From sequence record DRR723986_1346: a stretch of 57,183 bases of DNA, one strand, 5' to 3'. This document shows, one piece after another, positions 37,811-47,112 of the stretch. The notes under the pieces are model-generated. The model worked only from the letters and a program-made list of their open reading frames with translations, did not search any database and had not been told where the DNA came from. Made by a program: the position numbers and the translations under genes. How positions within the stretch are numbered: position 1 is the stretch's first letter; each line of letters starts with the position of its first letter.

Positions 37811-39430
37811 ATGGCAATGCAGGCTTTTGACTTTATCGTCGTTGGTGGCGGTTCTGCAGGCTGTGCACTGGCAGCGCGCTTAAGCGAAACAAGCCAGTTC
37901 AGTGTGGCGCTGATTGAGGCTGGAAAGCGAAACGGCGGCCTTAAAGTTGATGTGCCGGGTTTGCTTAGTAAAATTGTACCGCCGAACCCAATGAACTGGA
38001 ATTATTGGACCGAACCACAAAAACACCTGAATAACCGAAAGCTATATTGGCCGCGCGGCAAGGTTATGGGCGGATCAAGCGCTATTAATGGCATGGTTTA
38101 TATTCGTGGCCATGCCCGTGACTATGATGAATGGGCGCAAATTGGTTGTACCGGATGGTCCTACGACGAAGTACTGCCCTATTTCAAAAAATCAGAAGGC
38201 AGTGACCGCCCTGATGATCAATACCACGAAGGAGATGGCCCCCTTAAGGTAAGCCAAAAAACTTCCGTTAACCCGCTGAATGAAGCCTTCCTGAAAGCCG
38301 GTGGAGAGATAGGACTGCCCTTCACCGAAGATTTTAACGGCGAAAACCAGGAAGGCGTTGGCTGGTTTGACCAAACCATTCGCAGTGGCAGGCGCCAATC
38401 AACGGCCAAGACCTATCTGGCAGAGGCGGCCAAGCGCCCAAACTTGACCATCATTGCAAACACACAAGTGCAGAAAGTGTTGCTTGACGGCAAACGCATT
38501 ACCGGCGTTGAAGTTATTAACAAAGGCAAAGTGCGCACTATTACAGCAGGCAAAGAAGTTATTTTGAGTGGCGGCGCAATTAACAGCCCACAATTGCTGC
38601 AACTTTCTGGCATTGGCAACAAAGACGACATCCTGCCCGTTGGCTTAGACCTGTTACACGAATTGCCCGGCGTTGGCCGCAACATGCAAGACCATCTGGA
38701 TATGTTAGTGTCTGCTCATTTGAAGCAACCGGTTTCACTGGTGAAATATCAGACACCACATCGAGGCGTGATTGAACTGGCCAAATGGTTCACAGGGCGA
38801 CCTGGCGTTTTATCTGACATTGTCTTGCCCGTAGGCGCATTTATTAAAACTGACCCGGCGCTGGAGCGGCCCGACGTTCAGTTTCATATTTTACTGGGCA
38901 TGTCTGATGGGCCACACGGTTTTACCAAACCATATGAGCATGGTTTTGGCATCCACATTTGCCAACTAAGACCGCGCAGCACCGGCACCATCTCTCTTGC
39001 CAGCAGCGACCCATTAGCACCGGCAAAAATTGACCCTAACTATTTGGCCGACCCAGAAGACGCCAGAGTTTTGCGCGAAGGCATTAAAGTTGCGCGGCGC
39101 ATGTTTATGCAACCGGGGTTAGCTGACTTTGTTGACCGGGAAAAAATGCCTTTCGCAGATGTGGCGCTGGACGACGACGAAACTGTAGACAGCCTTATTC
39201 GAGCCCATAGTGAGACCATTTACCACCCGGTTGGCAGCTGCTCCATGGGGCCAAGGGATAACAAAAACAGTGTGGTAGACCCCGACTTAAAAGTAGTCGG
39301 CCTAACAGGGTTGAGGGTGGCTGACGCATCTATTATGCCGCGCCTTATTGGCGGCAACACCAATGCCCCGACAATCATGATCGCAGAAAAATGCGCTGAC
39401 ATGATTAAAGCTCAGTACGCCGCCGAATAG
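37811..39430 (+). CDS. GMC family oxidoreductase (choline/alcohol dehydrogenase-like)
   Basis: GGGSAG, PRGKVMGGSSAINGMVYIRG, SPQLLQLSGIG, YHPVGSC, GNTNAPTIMIAEK. Confidence 0.95.
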   Translation: MAMQAFDFIVVGGGSAGCALAARLSETSQFSVALIEAGKRNGGLKVDVPGLLSKIVPPNPMNWNYWTEPQKHLNNRKLYWPRGKVMGGSSAINGMVYIRGHARDYDEWAQIGCTGWSYDEVLPYFKKSEGSDRPDDQYHEGDGPLKVSQKTSVNPLNEAFLKAGGEIGLPFTEDFNGENQEGVGWFDQTIRSGRRQSTAKTYLAEAAKRPNLTIIANTQVQKVLLDGKRITGVEVINKGKVRTITAGKEVILSGGAINSPQLLQLSGIGNKDDILPVGLDLLHELPGVGRNMQDHLDMLVSAHLKQPVSLVKYQTPHRGVIELAKWFTGRPGVLSDIVLPVGAFIKTDPALERPDVQFHILLGMSDGPHGFTKPYEHGFGIHICQLRPRSTGTISLASSDPLAPAKIDPNYLADPEDARVLREGIKVARRMFMQPGLADFVDREKMPFADVALDDDETVDSLIRAHSETIYHPVGSCSMGPRDNKNSVVDPDLKVVGLTGLRVADASIMPRLIGGNTNAPTIMIAEKCADMIKAQYAAE

Positions 39431-39450
39431 TTAACCAAGACCCCCAATAG

Positions 39451-39464
39451 TTGACCAAGATCAA
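39451..39464 (+). promoter_or_regulatory. Putative FNR/FixK box
   Basis: TTGAC-CAAG-ATCAA, one mismatch to TTGAT-N4-ATCAA, upstream of a USP gene. Confidence 0.6.
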
Positions 39465-39524
39465 AGTCTTTCCTTTGCTCTCGTGCGATGATGAACCATC
39501 AGCAGCAACGAGAGAGGGTTTAAC

Positions 39525-39962
39525 ATGAGTAAAAAATTATATCTGGTAGCCGTGGATGGCAGCGAGTGGGGCGAACGTGCCGCTGCGCGAGCCGTTACTC
39601 TGGCTTCTGAAACCGGTGCAAAAGTAAAACTGGTTACCGTTATCCCTTGGTCAGGCTACCAGCCTATGTCCATTGAAGAACTTGCCCACCGACCCGTTGC
39701 GCGGGAGGAGGAAGAGCGTCATGCCAGAGAAGATATTCTTGCGGCTATCGCTGCGAAAAACGATAACAATAGCGTTGAGATTGAAACCCACTTTGCCTGG
39801 GGCAACCCCGTAGAGGTTATTCGGGAAATGGCCAAGAAAGAACGCGCCAACATGGTTTTTGTAGGCCGCCGCGGACGGTCACGCATCAGCGACCTTATTC
39901 TTGGTAGTGTGGCTAATTCTTTAGCTCATTCGTTGGGAGTTCCGATAGTGTTGGTGCCTTAA
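39525..39962 (+). CDS. Universal stress protein
   Basis: LVAVDGS, GNP, VFVGRRGRS...LGSVA...PIVLVP. Confidence 0.93.
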   Translation: MSKKLYLVAVDGSEWGERAAARAVTLASETGAKVKLVTVIPWSGYQPMSIEELAHRPVAREEEERHAREDILAAIAAKNDNNSVEIETHFAWGNPVEVIREMAKKERANMVFVGRRGRSRISDLILGSVANSLAHSLGVPIVLVP

Positions 39963-41541
39963 CGCCTTTGTTTTTAGCGCTTTTGGCATTTTGCGTATCC
40001 AGCGTTGTTTCGCCGTGGTTAGCGATAACCTCGGCGATTGCTTTTTGCAGCGTCATTGGGTCAACGGGCTTACTTTGGTAGCCGTCCATGCCAGCATTAA
40101 TGAACTTTTCGCGGTCACCGTCCATCACATGAGCGGTGAGCGCCAGAATTGGCGTTGAACCAACCGAGCCAAACAACGACCTGATCATGGCCGTGGCGTC
40201 AATGCCATCCATCACAGGCATGGAAATATCCATAAGAATAATATCAAACGGTTGGCCCATCTGCACTTTTGCAACCGCTTCTTGCCCATTACCGACAACC
40301 GTTACCCGGTGGCCAAACCGCTCCAGCACAGTTCTAAACAACATCTGATTAACCGGGTTATCTTCCGCAACCAGGATATTCCAACTCTCGCTGCTTTGCT
40401 GGAATGCAGGCTTGTCCGCTTTAGTGTCGGCCTCCTCTTTCTGCGCTTCAGTATCAGTAGCCCGCGCTTCAGAGGCTGGAAGGGTCACCGTAAAACAGGC
40501 ACCATGGCCAAACTTGCTATCGACACTGATAGTGCCGCCCATCAATGTAATAAGTTTATGGCAAAGAATAAGCCCAAGGCCTGTGTTGCCATACTCTTTA
40601 TTGGTCAGGTTTGTGCTGTCATTATGTTCTTCAAACAAGGACGGCAAACGGTCATTGGCAATGCCAATACCAGTGTCCTTCACCGAAAGCTGCAATACTG
40701 GATAAGCCGGGCTGGTATCATATGAAAAGGTGACATCTATGGTGCCCTGGTCGGTATAGCGAAAGGCGTTATCGAGCAAAATAAACAGCACCTGCCGCAG
40801 CTTTTTACTATCCGTTATCAAAGCCCCGGGAACCAGCCCATCAAATTTAACATTACTGGTTATTTCTTTTTGATCAGCAGTAACGGCAAATAGGTCCAGC
40901 GTTTCCTGTGCCAGCTTCTCAATATCAACTGTATCTCTGTCCAGTGTCAGCACACCCTGTTCTAGTAGCGTGATTGACTGAATTTCATCCACTAAATGAA
41001 TGAGGGCATTGCAAGAGCGCGACAATATATCAACGTATGAAGACTGCTGCTCAGAAAGTTCAGTTTCAGCCAGCAGATCAGCAATACCAAGCACACCATT
41101 CACTGGTGTGCGAAGATGGTGGTTTAAACCAGAGAGAAAATCGATTGTCTGCTTAGATGGGGCTGCAACATTCACCCCGGAAGTTTGGCCAGACACAATC
41201 ACATCTGATTGACGCCGCATTGAGCCGGGAATAATTTGCACTGAACATTGTGCACTATTTTGATCTGGGGTCAAAATCAGGGTTTGCGGATTCTTTTTAG
41301 CTCTGTCGCGAACATCAACCTGAATAATTTCAAGGTGTTCAATGCAATCAACAATTTGATCTATAAGATCTGTGTCGTCTTTTTCGGTGACATAATAATC
41401 AACCAACTGCGCCTGCAATTCCTTACCATTGGGAAGGGCAGCCTGCTTCACAAAGCTTTGATTACATACGAGAATATTACTATCGGAGTCGATTACACCA
41501 AAGGGAAAGGGAATTGAATCTAGCGATGTTCTCTCGGTCAT
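39913..41541 (-). CDS. Cytoplasmic hybrid sensor histidine kinase / response regulator
   Basis: PAS-like N-terminus, H-box NHHLRTP, N/G boxes (LDNAFRY, DTGIG, GLGL), receiver AEDN/LMDISMP/KP. Probable start ATG 41541 with SD. Confidence 0.9.
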   Translation of the reverse strand: MTERTSLDSIPFPFGVIDSDSNILVCNQSFVKQAALPNGKELQAQLVDYYVTEKDDTDLIDQIVDCIEHLEIIQVDVRDRAKKNPQTLILTPDQNSAQCSVQIIPGSMRRQSDVIVSGQTSGVNVAAPSKQTIDFLSGLNHHLRTPVNGVLGIADLLAETELSEQQSSYVDILSRSCNALIHLVDEIQSITLLEQGVLTLDRDTVDIEKLAQETLDLFAVTADQKEITSNVKFDGLVPGALITDSKKLRQVLFILLDNAFRYTDQGTIDVTFSYDTSPAYPVLQLSVKDTGIGIANDRLPSLFEEHNDSTNLTNKEYGNTGLGLILCHKLITLMGGTISVDSKFGHGACFTVTLPASEARATDTEAQKEEADTKADKPAFQQSSESWNILVAEDNPVNQMLFRTVLERFGHRVTVVGNGQEAVAKVQMGQPFDIILMDISMPVMDGIDATAMIRSLFGSVGSTPILALTAHVMDGDREKFINAGMDGYQSKPVDPMTLQKAIAEVIANHGETTLDTQNAKSAKNKGVKAPTLSELPTNELKN

Positions 41542-41740
41542 GTTTCCTTTTCCCGGTTGATTGGGACGCTTGGATTTGCGCGTTAATCGAGTCCATGTTT
41601 TCATTTTTTAATGTCAAACAGTTGCTTTTGCTCTGCTATAATGCACGCAAAAATTGTTAATATGGTAGCTAAAAATTGTATTAATATGTATTTATAACAA
41701 AAATACCCCAAAAAGCCGCTCTAAAAATAACATTCAAAAC

Positions 41741-43471
41741 TTAAAATCCGATGGCGATACCATCCTTTCGCATCTCAGACGCCCCCCAATATACTCCAGA
41801 CCGCTCATCTCGCCAAATTGCTTGATAACCGCCAAACGGGCCGGTGGTAATTTCCACATTGTGCCCACGGCGTTTCAGCTCATCAAAAACGGGGCGCGTA
41901 ATACCACGTTCTAATTGTAAAGTGCCGCCGTCTTTCATCCGGCCTTGCCAGGTAGGTTCGGTTGAACCCAGATGATGAAAGCGTGCCGCGTCTCCAGCTT
42001 CCTGAACTGTCATACCAAAATCAAGCATATTAACCACAATCTGAGCATGCCCCTGTGGCTGCATGGCCCCACCCATAAGGCCAAAACTCATGACCGGCGC
42101 GCCATCTTTGGTCATAAAAGCAGGAATGATCGTATGAAAAGGCCGCTTCCCCGGCGCATAAACATTGGGGTGTCCCTCGGTCAATGAAAATTGTGCACCC
42201 CGATTTTGAAACATGAATCCCAAATTGTCGGGCACCAGCCCTGACCCCATGCCCATATAATTGGACTGAATCAACGAGACCATCATGCCGTCCGCATCGG
42301 CAACGGTTAGGTAAACGGTGTCTCCCTCAATTAACTTTGCGTCCCCATGGTCAGTTTCGTTTAAGGCAGTATCCATATCAATCAGCGCCCTGCGCTCGGT
42401 TGCATAGTCTTTTGATAAAAGCGGCCTGAGCGGCGTCTCATAAAAATCCGGATCGGCATAAAAACGCGCCCGGTCTTCAAAGGCCAGCTTCTTCGCCTCT
42501 GCCAGTACATGCAAATGATCAGCAGAGTTATGGCCCATTGCAGCAAGGTCGTACCCCTCGAGAATATTAAGCATTTGCAATGCGGCAATGCCCTGCCCAT
42601 TTGGTGGCAGTTCCCATACATCATAACCGCGGTAGTTTACCGAAACAGGCTCTATCCAATTGCCTTTATGCTTTTCAAAGTCGGCTTTACGAAGGGGCCC
42701 GTCAATGCGCTTGAAATAGGCATCAATAGTATCCGCGATAGCCCCTTGGTAAAATACACCTCGACCTTCTCTAGCTATCAAAGCAAACGTGTTTGCCAAA
42801 TTAGGGTTTTTGAAAACCTGGCCTTCAACCGGCTCTTCACCGTTGTGCAAGTATGTCGCTCTATAATTGTCAATTTCTTCAATCATGCCGCTTTGGTGCA
42901 GCGAGGGGTAGGCTTCGGCATGCTGTTTCATTGCCTGCGCAATGACCTGACTAACCGGAAATCCATTCTGCGCATACTCGATAGTCGGCGCTAAGTTATC
43001 AGCCATGGACAGCTTGCCGAAAGCATCATGCAACATAAACCAACCATCCACAGCACCCGGCACCGAAACCGATAGGCGGCCATAATTAGGTATGGCGGTT
43101 TTGCCATTTAGCTTGTCTTTCAATTGGCCGAGTGTCTGACCCGTAGGCGCTCTGCCAGACCCATTCAAGCCGTGCAGTTTTTTACTTTTCGGGTCCCAGA
43201 CAATGGCAAATATATCGCCGCCAATACCACTACCTGTTGGCTCCATCAGGCCAAGGGCTGCGTTAGCAGCAATGGCTGCATCAACGGCAGAGCCTCCTTT
43301 TTTGAGAATATCAATGGCAATTTGGCTGGCCAATGGATGCGATGTGGCGGCCATACCACGCGAACCCAGCACAGCACTGCGGGTAGCCCAAGACGCACCC
43401 GAAACCCGGTCGCCACGGTTGTCGCCGCGCAGCGCTGATGCAGGCATTGGCCCCGAACTGGCTTCTGTCAT
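41741..43471 (-). CDS. ggt: Gamma-glutamyltransferase
   Basis: GGSAVDAAIA, EPTGSGIGGD, PPNGQG, catalytic GD-TVYL, PGKRPFHTIIP, MGGAMQPQGH. Confidence 0.94.
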   Translation of the reverse strand: MTEASSGPMPASALRGDNRGDRVSGASWATRSAVLGSRGMAATSHPLASQIAIDILKKGGSAVDAAIAANAALGLMEPTGSGIGGDIFAIVWDPKSKKLHGLNGSGRAPTGQTLGQLKDKLNGKTAIPNYGRLSVSVPGAVDGWFMLHDAFGKLSMADNLAPTIEYAQNGFPVSQVIAQAMKQHAEAYPSLHQSGMIEEIDNYRATYLHNGEEPVEGQVFKNPNLANTFALIAREGRGVFYQGAIADTIDAYFKRIDGPLRKADFEKHKGNWIEPVSVNYRGYDVWELPPNGQGIAALQMLNILEGYDLAAMGHNSADHLHVLAEAKKLAFEDRARFYADPDFYETPLRPLLSKDYATERRALIDMDTALNETDHGDAKLIEGDTVYLTVADADGMMVSLIQSNYMGMGSGLVPDNLGFMFQNRGAQFSLTEGHPNVYAPGKRPFHTIIPAFMTKDGAPVMSFGLMGGAMQPQGHAQIVVNMLDFGMTVQEAGDAARFHHLGSTEPTWQGRMKDGGTLQLERGITRPVFDELKRRGHNVEITTGPFGGYQAIWRDERSGVYWGASEMRKDGIAIGF

Positions 43472-43520
43472 TGTATCCCCCCTAAAGCGCGCTGCAATGT
43501 TTCGCTTATTTCCCTGGTAA

Positions 43521-44948
43521 CTATTTCCCTGGCAACGTAAGCGTTACTTGCAAACCACCAAGCGGCGACGTGCCAAGTGTAACATCTCCGCCGTACATAT
43601 CTGATATGTCTCTAACAATTGCCAAACCAAGGCCTGTGCCCGGCACTTGCTCATCTAAACGATTACCTCTATCGAACATGCTGTCGCGTTGTTCGGCGGG
43701 CACACCCGGCCCATCATCACTGATGACAATTTTCAATACCGGTCTGCGCAGGCCTTCCGCATAACGTATTACCACAACGTCTACCTTTGACGTTGCCCAT
43801 TTGGCGGCATTGTCCAGGATATTGCCTAGAAGCTCGTCAAAGTCTTCTTTTTCACCGTCGAACATAAGCCCATCAGCACAATTAACCGATGTCTCCAGCG
43901 CTTTTTCCCCGGCAATGACAGATACAGCAGACACAAGCTTGGTGATGCGTTCTTTTACAGGTAGACCCTCCCCTGTACCACCACCTGCGATGCGTGCGCG
44001 TTTAAGATGATGATCAACATGTACACGTATATTCTTAGCCTGCTGCGCGATCACTTTTGCACTTTCGCTGTCATCACCGTCTACTGAATTTTGAATAACC
44101 GATAGCGGAGTTTTCAGCGCGTGCGCTAAATTTCCAACGTGAGTTCGCGCCCGTTGGAGCAATTTATCATTTTGCTCAATAAGTCCGTTAATTTCTTCCA
44201 CAAGCGGTGTTAGGTCTTGCGGTAATTTTTTGTTATCGGCTGATGCAAGTTTCACCGCGCGGCCTGTGCGCACATCGCTCAGGTCACGCTTGATCTGCCG
44301 CAGCGGCCTTAGCCCGTAGCTTACCTGCAAAACCAGCGCCAAGGTTACAGTGAACAAAATGAGGGCAAGCGCACTGAATAATAACCAATTAAAGCGGTTA
44401 ATGGCTGCTTGCACCTCGGCCATATTCGTTGCGATTTGATAATGATAGACCTGCTCAGCCTCTGGCAGAATAATGTCATGCTCGGCCACGCGTAACATTT
44501 GCCCGTCAGGGCCTCTGGTAATAATGTAGCGCAGGGAAAACGTGCGTTGTTCATGCTGCGCATCAAGGGCAAAGTCCCACAGAGACCGCGATCGTAGCGG
44601 TGTCATACCTTCGGCTGAAACCTGCCAGTACCACCCAGAATAAGGTGTCAGAAAACGTTGGTCTGCCAGCGGTTGGTTAAACCGAAACTCCCCTTCTGGT
44701 GACACTTCGCTAATGCCGACCAGTGTATCAAGCAGCAACTCCAACCGTTTGTCCACATCGGTTAAAACATAGCTTCGGAATGCGAAAGACAGCACAAACC
44801 CACCGACCAACAAAGCCACAAATGACCAAACAACCGCCGATAAAATTAACCGACCTGCTAGCGAGCCCGAGAACCGCGCTTTACGGGATGTTTCTGGCCC
44901 CATAGCGGCATCAGACCTTGATTGGTCGTTGGACAAGGGTTGGTTCAC
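43521..44948 (-). CDS. feuQ: Sensor histidine kinase (FeuQ/PhoQ-like)
   Basis: Two TMs, SGWYWQ/RSRSLWD, HAMP, LAHALKTPL, NILDNAAKW, DDGPG, GLGL. GTG 44948 overlaps the response-regulator stop. Confidence 0.88.
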   Translation of the reverse strand: MNQPLSNDQSRSDAAMGPETSRKARFSGSLAGRLILSAVVWSFVALLVGGFVLSFAFRSYVLTDVDKRLELLLDTLVGISEVSPEGEFRFNQPLADQRFLTPYSGWYWQVSAEGMTPLRSRSLWDFALDAQHEQRTFSLRYIITRGPDGQMLRVAEHDIILPEAEQVYHYQIATNMAEVQAAINRFNWLLFSALALILFTVTLALVLQVSYGLRPLRQIKRDLSDVRTGRAVKLASADNKKLPQDLTPLVEEINGLIEQNDKLLQRARTHVGNLAHALKTPLSVIQNSVDGDDSESAKVIAQQAKNIRVHVDHHLKRARIAGGGTGEGLPVKERITKLVSAVSVIAGEKALETSVNCADGLMFDGEKEDFDELLGNILDNAAKWATSKVDVVVIRYAEGLRRPVLKIVISDDGPGVPAEQRDSMFDRGNRLDEQVPGTGLGLAIVRDISDMYGGDVTLGTSPLGGLQVTLTLPGK

Positions 44949-45616
44949 GCAGCGCCGCCCTCCCATTCAACACGGTAGCCAAGTCCGCGTACAGTGTGGA
45001 TAATGGGGGCGCCCAGTTTTTTACGGATGCGGTTTACAAAAACCTCGATGGTGTTTGAATCTTTATCAAAGTCTTGATCATAAATATGCTCGGTTAGTTC
45101 TGTGCGTGAAATAACTTTGCCTTCATGATGCATCAGATAAGAGAGCAGCTTAAATTCTTGGGCAGTTAACTTTATAGCGCTGCCGTCCACTGTTACTTTG
45201 CTATTACGCGTGTCCAACCGAACGGCACCAACTGACAAGACCGGTGACGTTTGCCCCGCAGACCGCCGAATGAGCGCTCGCAAACGCGCAAGCAATTCTT
45301 CAACAATGAAGGGTTTGGCTAAATAGTCATCAGCGCCAGCATCAAGGCCTTCCACTTTATCGGTCCAGCTATCACGCGCCGTTAAAATCATTACGGGCAT
45401 TTTCTTATCATCTGCCCGCCATTTCTTCAAAACACTGGCGCCGTCCATAATCGGCAGCCCCAAGTCCAGGATAACTGCGTCGTAAGGTTCGGTATCTCCG
45501 AGAAAATGCCCCTCTTCACCGTCATGGGCGACATCATAGGTGTAGCCCGCATTCTTAAGATTCTCGGCGATTTGACCAGCCAGCGTAACGTCATCTTCAA
45601 CCACTAAAATTCGCAT
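44945..45616 (-). CDS. feuP: OmpR family response regulator (FeuP-like)
   Basis: DGEEGHFLGDTEPYDAVILDLGLP, GADDYLAKPF, YDQDFDKDSNTIEVFV, TVRGLGY. Confidence 0.9.
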   Translation of the reverse strand: MRILVVEDDVTLAGQIAENLKNAGYTYDVAHDGEEGHFLGDTEPYDAVILDLGLPIMDGASVLKKWRADDKKMPVMILTARDSWTDKVEGLDAGADDYLAKPFIVEELLARLRALIRRSAGQTSPVLSVGAVRLDTRNSKVTVDGSAIKLTAQEFKLLSYLMHHEGKVISRTELTEHIYDQDFDKDSNTIEVFVNRIRKKLGAPIIHTVRGLGYRVEWEGGAA

Positions 45617-45659
45617 GTCGTCCCCTAAATCTTACACTAGTATCAAGATAGTTTACCCA

Positions 45660-45983
45660 TCAGCGCCTGCTGACAATTTCACCATTTTTCGCATTTACAA
45701 CTAGAACCATAACCCGACCATTTTGTGGCCGAACGCGAAGATCATATTGCCAGCCACGATTTGTACGACGTAGCTTTTGGCCAACAACCTTGCCATCAAC
45801 GCGTTCTTCAACAATGCGCTTGATTGCTGAATAGGGCATAATATCGCCGCGCTTTAAGGCCTCACGAGCATCATCATGCTCGTCAGCAACAGCTTGTGCA
45901 GCGACGAAAAAGTGAGGGCCACCATAACCAACAGGCGCAAGGCCAAAGCCGACCAATAACAGAATCGCAAAAACATGTTTCAT
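45660..45983 (-). CDS. Periplasmic PepSY domain protein
   Basis: Signal peptide, DDAREALKRGDIMP, Y-LRV...VNAKNGEIV, first gene of the two-component operon. Confidence 0.85.
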   Translation of the reverse strand: MKHVFAILLLVGFGLAPVGYGGPHFFVAAQAVADEHDDAREALKRGDIMPYSAIKRIVEERVDGKVVGQKLRRTNRGWQYDLRVRPQNGRVMVLVVNAKNGEIVSRR

Positions 45984-46007
45984 AGGCTATACTTTCGCAG
46001 TCATGTG

Positions 46008-46024
46008 CTGAACATATGATGAAC
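46008..46024 (-). promoter_or_regulatory. PhoP/OmpR-type direct repeat
   Basis: Minus strand GTTCAT-N5-GTTCAG (11-bp period) 25-41 nt upstream of the PepSY ATG. Confidence 0.55.
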
Positions 46025-46140
46025 CGTCATAATGACAATCATTGTTGTTCGATCACGATAATACTAGGCTCAACAGCCGACATAAACTAGGCAAAAAATA
46101 CTGCTTAGAATTCGGCATATATCTGCTTTAGGGGATTGCT

Positions 46141-46998
46141 ATGAAATCCATAATTTTGCCAGTCACTCGCGATAGCAACATAGCTATGCTGTCCGGCGCT
46201 GCTGCCACACTCACTAACCGTTTCGGTGCAACGCTCACCGGCCTGTTTGTGCGCCGCGACCCCAAGCATGCTATTCCACTGCTCGGGGATGGTCTAACGG
46301 CAGAGATGATACAAGATATCTGTGACGCAACCGAACAGGAAGGCCAACATTATTGTGGCAAGGCAGAAGATAGCTTTCGGGCCGCGATGACTGCCGCAGG
46401 AGTTGCGGTCGAAACAACGCCCAGCGAAGCCCATGCAGCATCAGCAATTTGGCGCACCTTAATTGGTGATATCAGCGACCATGTAGGCCGGTGTGCCCGC
46501 ACCTCAGACTTTGCAATTTGTGAACGACCACAAAATAAAGGCGCTGACCAAACAGAGATATTCGATGATCTTGTCTTCCGGTCTGGGCGGTCGGTCATGA
46601 TGGTGCCCGAAGCTTATGAAGGCACATTGTTAGATAATCTGCTAGTGGCGTGGAATGGCCGCGCTGAATGCGCCCGTGCAGTTGGCGGTGCCCTTTCTGT
46701 TATAAAAAAAGCCCGAAAGGTTAGTATTATACAAGTAGGCGACTTAGCCGAAGACTTGCCAACCCTTGATGACATCGGTTTTTACCTAAATACACACGGC
46801 GTAAAGGCAGAGCATATTCATTCAACGACAAGCAATACAGTGGTTGGAGAAACCATCCTGCAAACTGCTCACAAAAACGGTGCTGACACTATTGTTATTG
46901 GAGCCTTTTCAACCGCTCGCTGGCGCGAACGCATTTTGGGCGGTGTGACGCGACATTTGATTGAAAACAGTGACATTCCCATATACATGAGCCACTAA
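46141..46998 (+). CDS. Universal stress protein (tandem domain)
   Basis: SGRSVMMVP, VAWNGRAECARAV, IVIGAF...ILGGVTRHL...PIYMSH. Confidence 0.9.
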   Translation: MKSIILPVTRDSNIAMLSGAAATLTNRFGATLTGLFVRRDPKHAIPLLGDGLTAEMIQDICDATEQEGQHYCGKAEDSFRAAMTAAGVAVETTPSEAHAASAIWRTLIGDISDHVGRCARTSDFAICERPQNKGADQTEIFDDLVFRSGRSVMMVPEAYEGTLLDNLLVAWNGRAECARAVGGALSVIKKARKVSIIQVGDLAEDLPTLDDIGFYLNTHGVKAEHIHSTTSNTVVGETILQTAHKNGADTIVIGAFSTARWRERILGGVTRHLIENSDIPIYMSH

Positions 46999-47112
46999 AC
47001 ATTAAGTTTAACCGGACACTTTCAGCACAGAGTAAATATAATTATTGTCTTTGGCAAAAGATGACCGATATTGTCTTGTTACACTATCGTTTGTGAAAGC
47101 CCGGAGCACCAA

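Noticed and set aside
46043-46057. Possible FNR box upstream of the second USP
   Set aside because: Spacing and half-sites do not fit TTGAT-N4-ATCAA.
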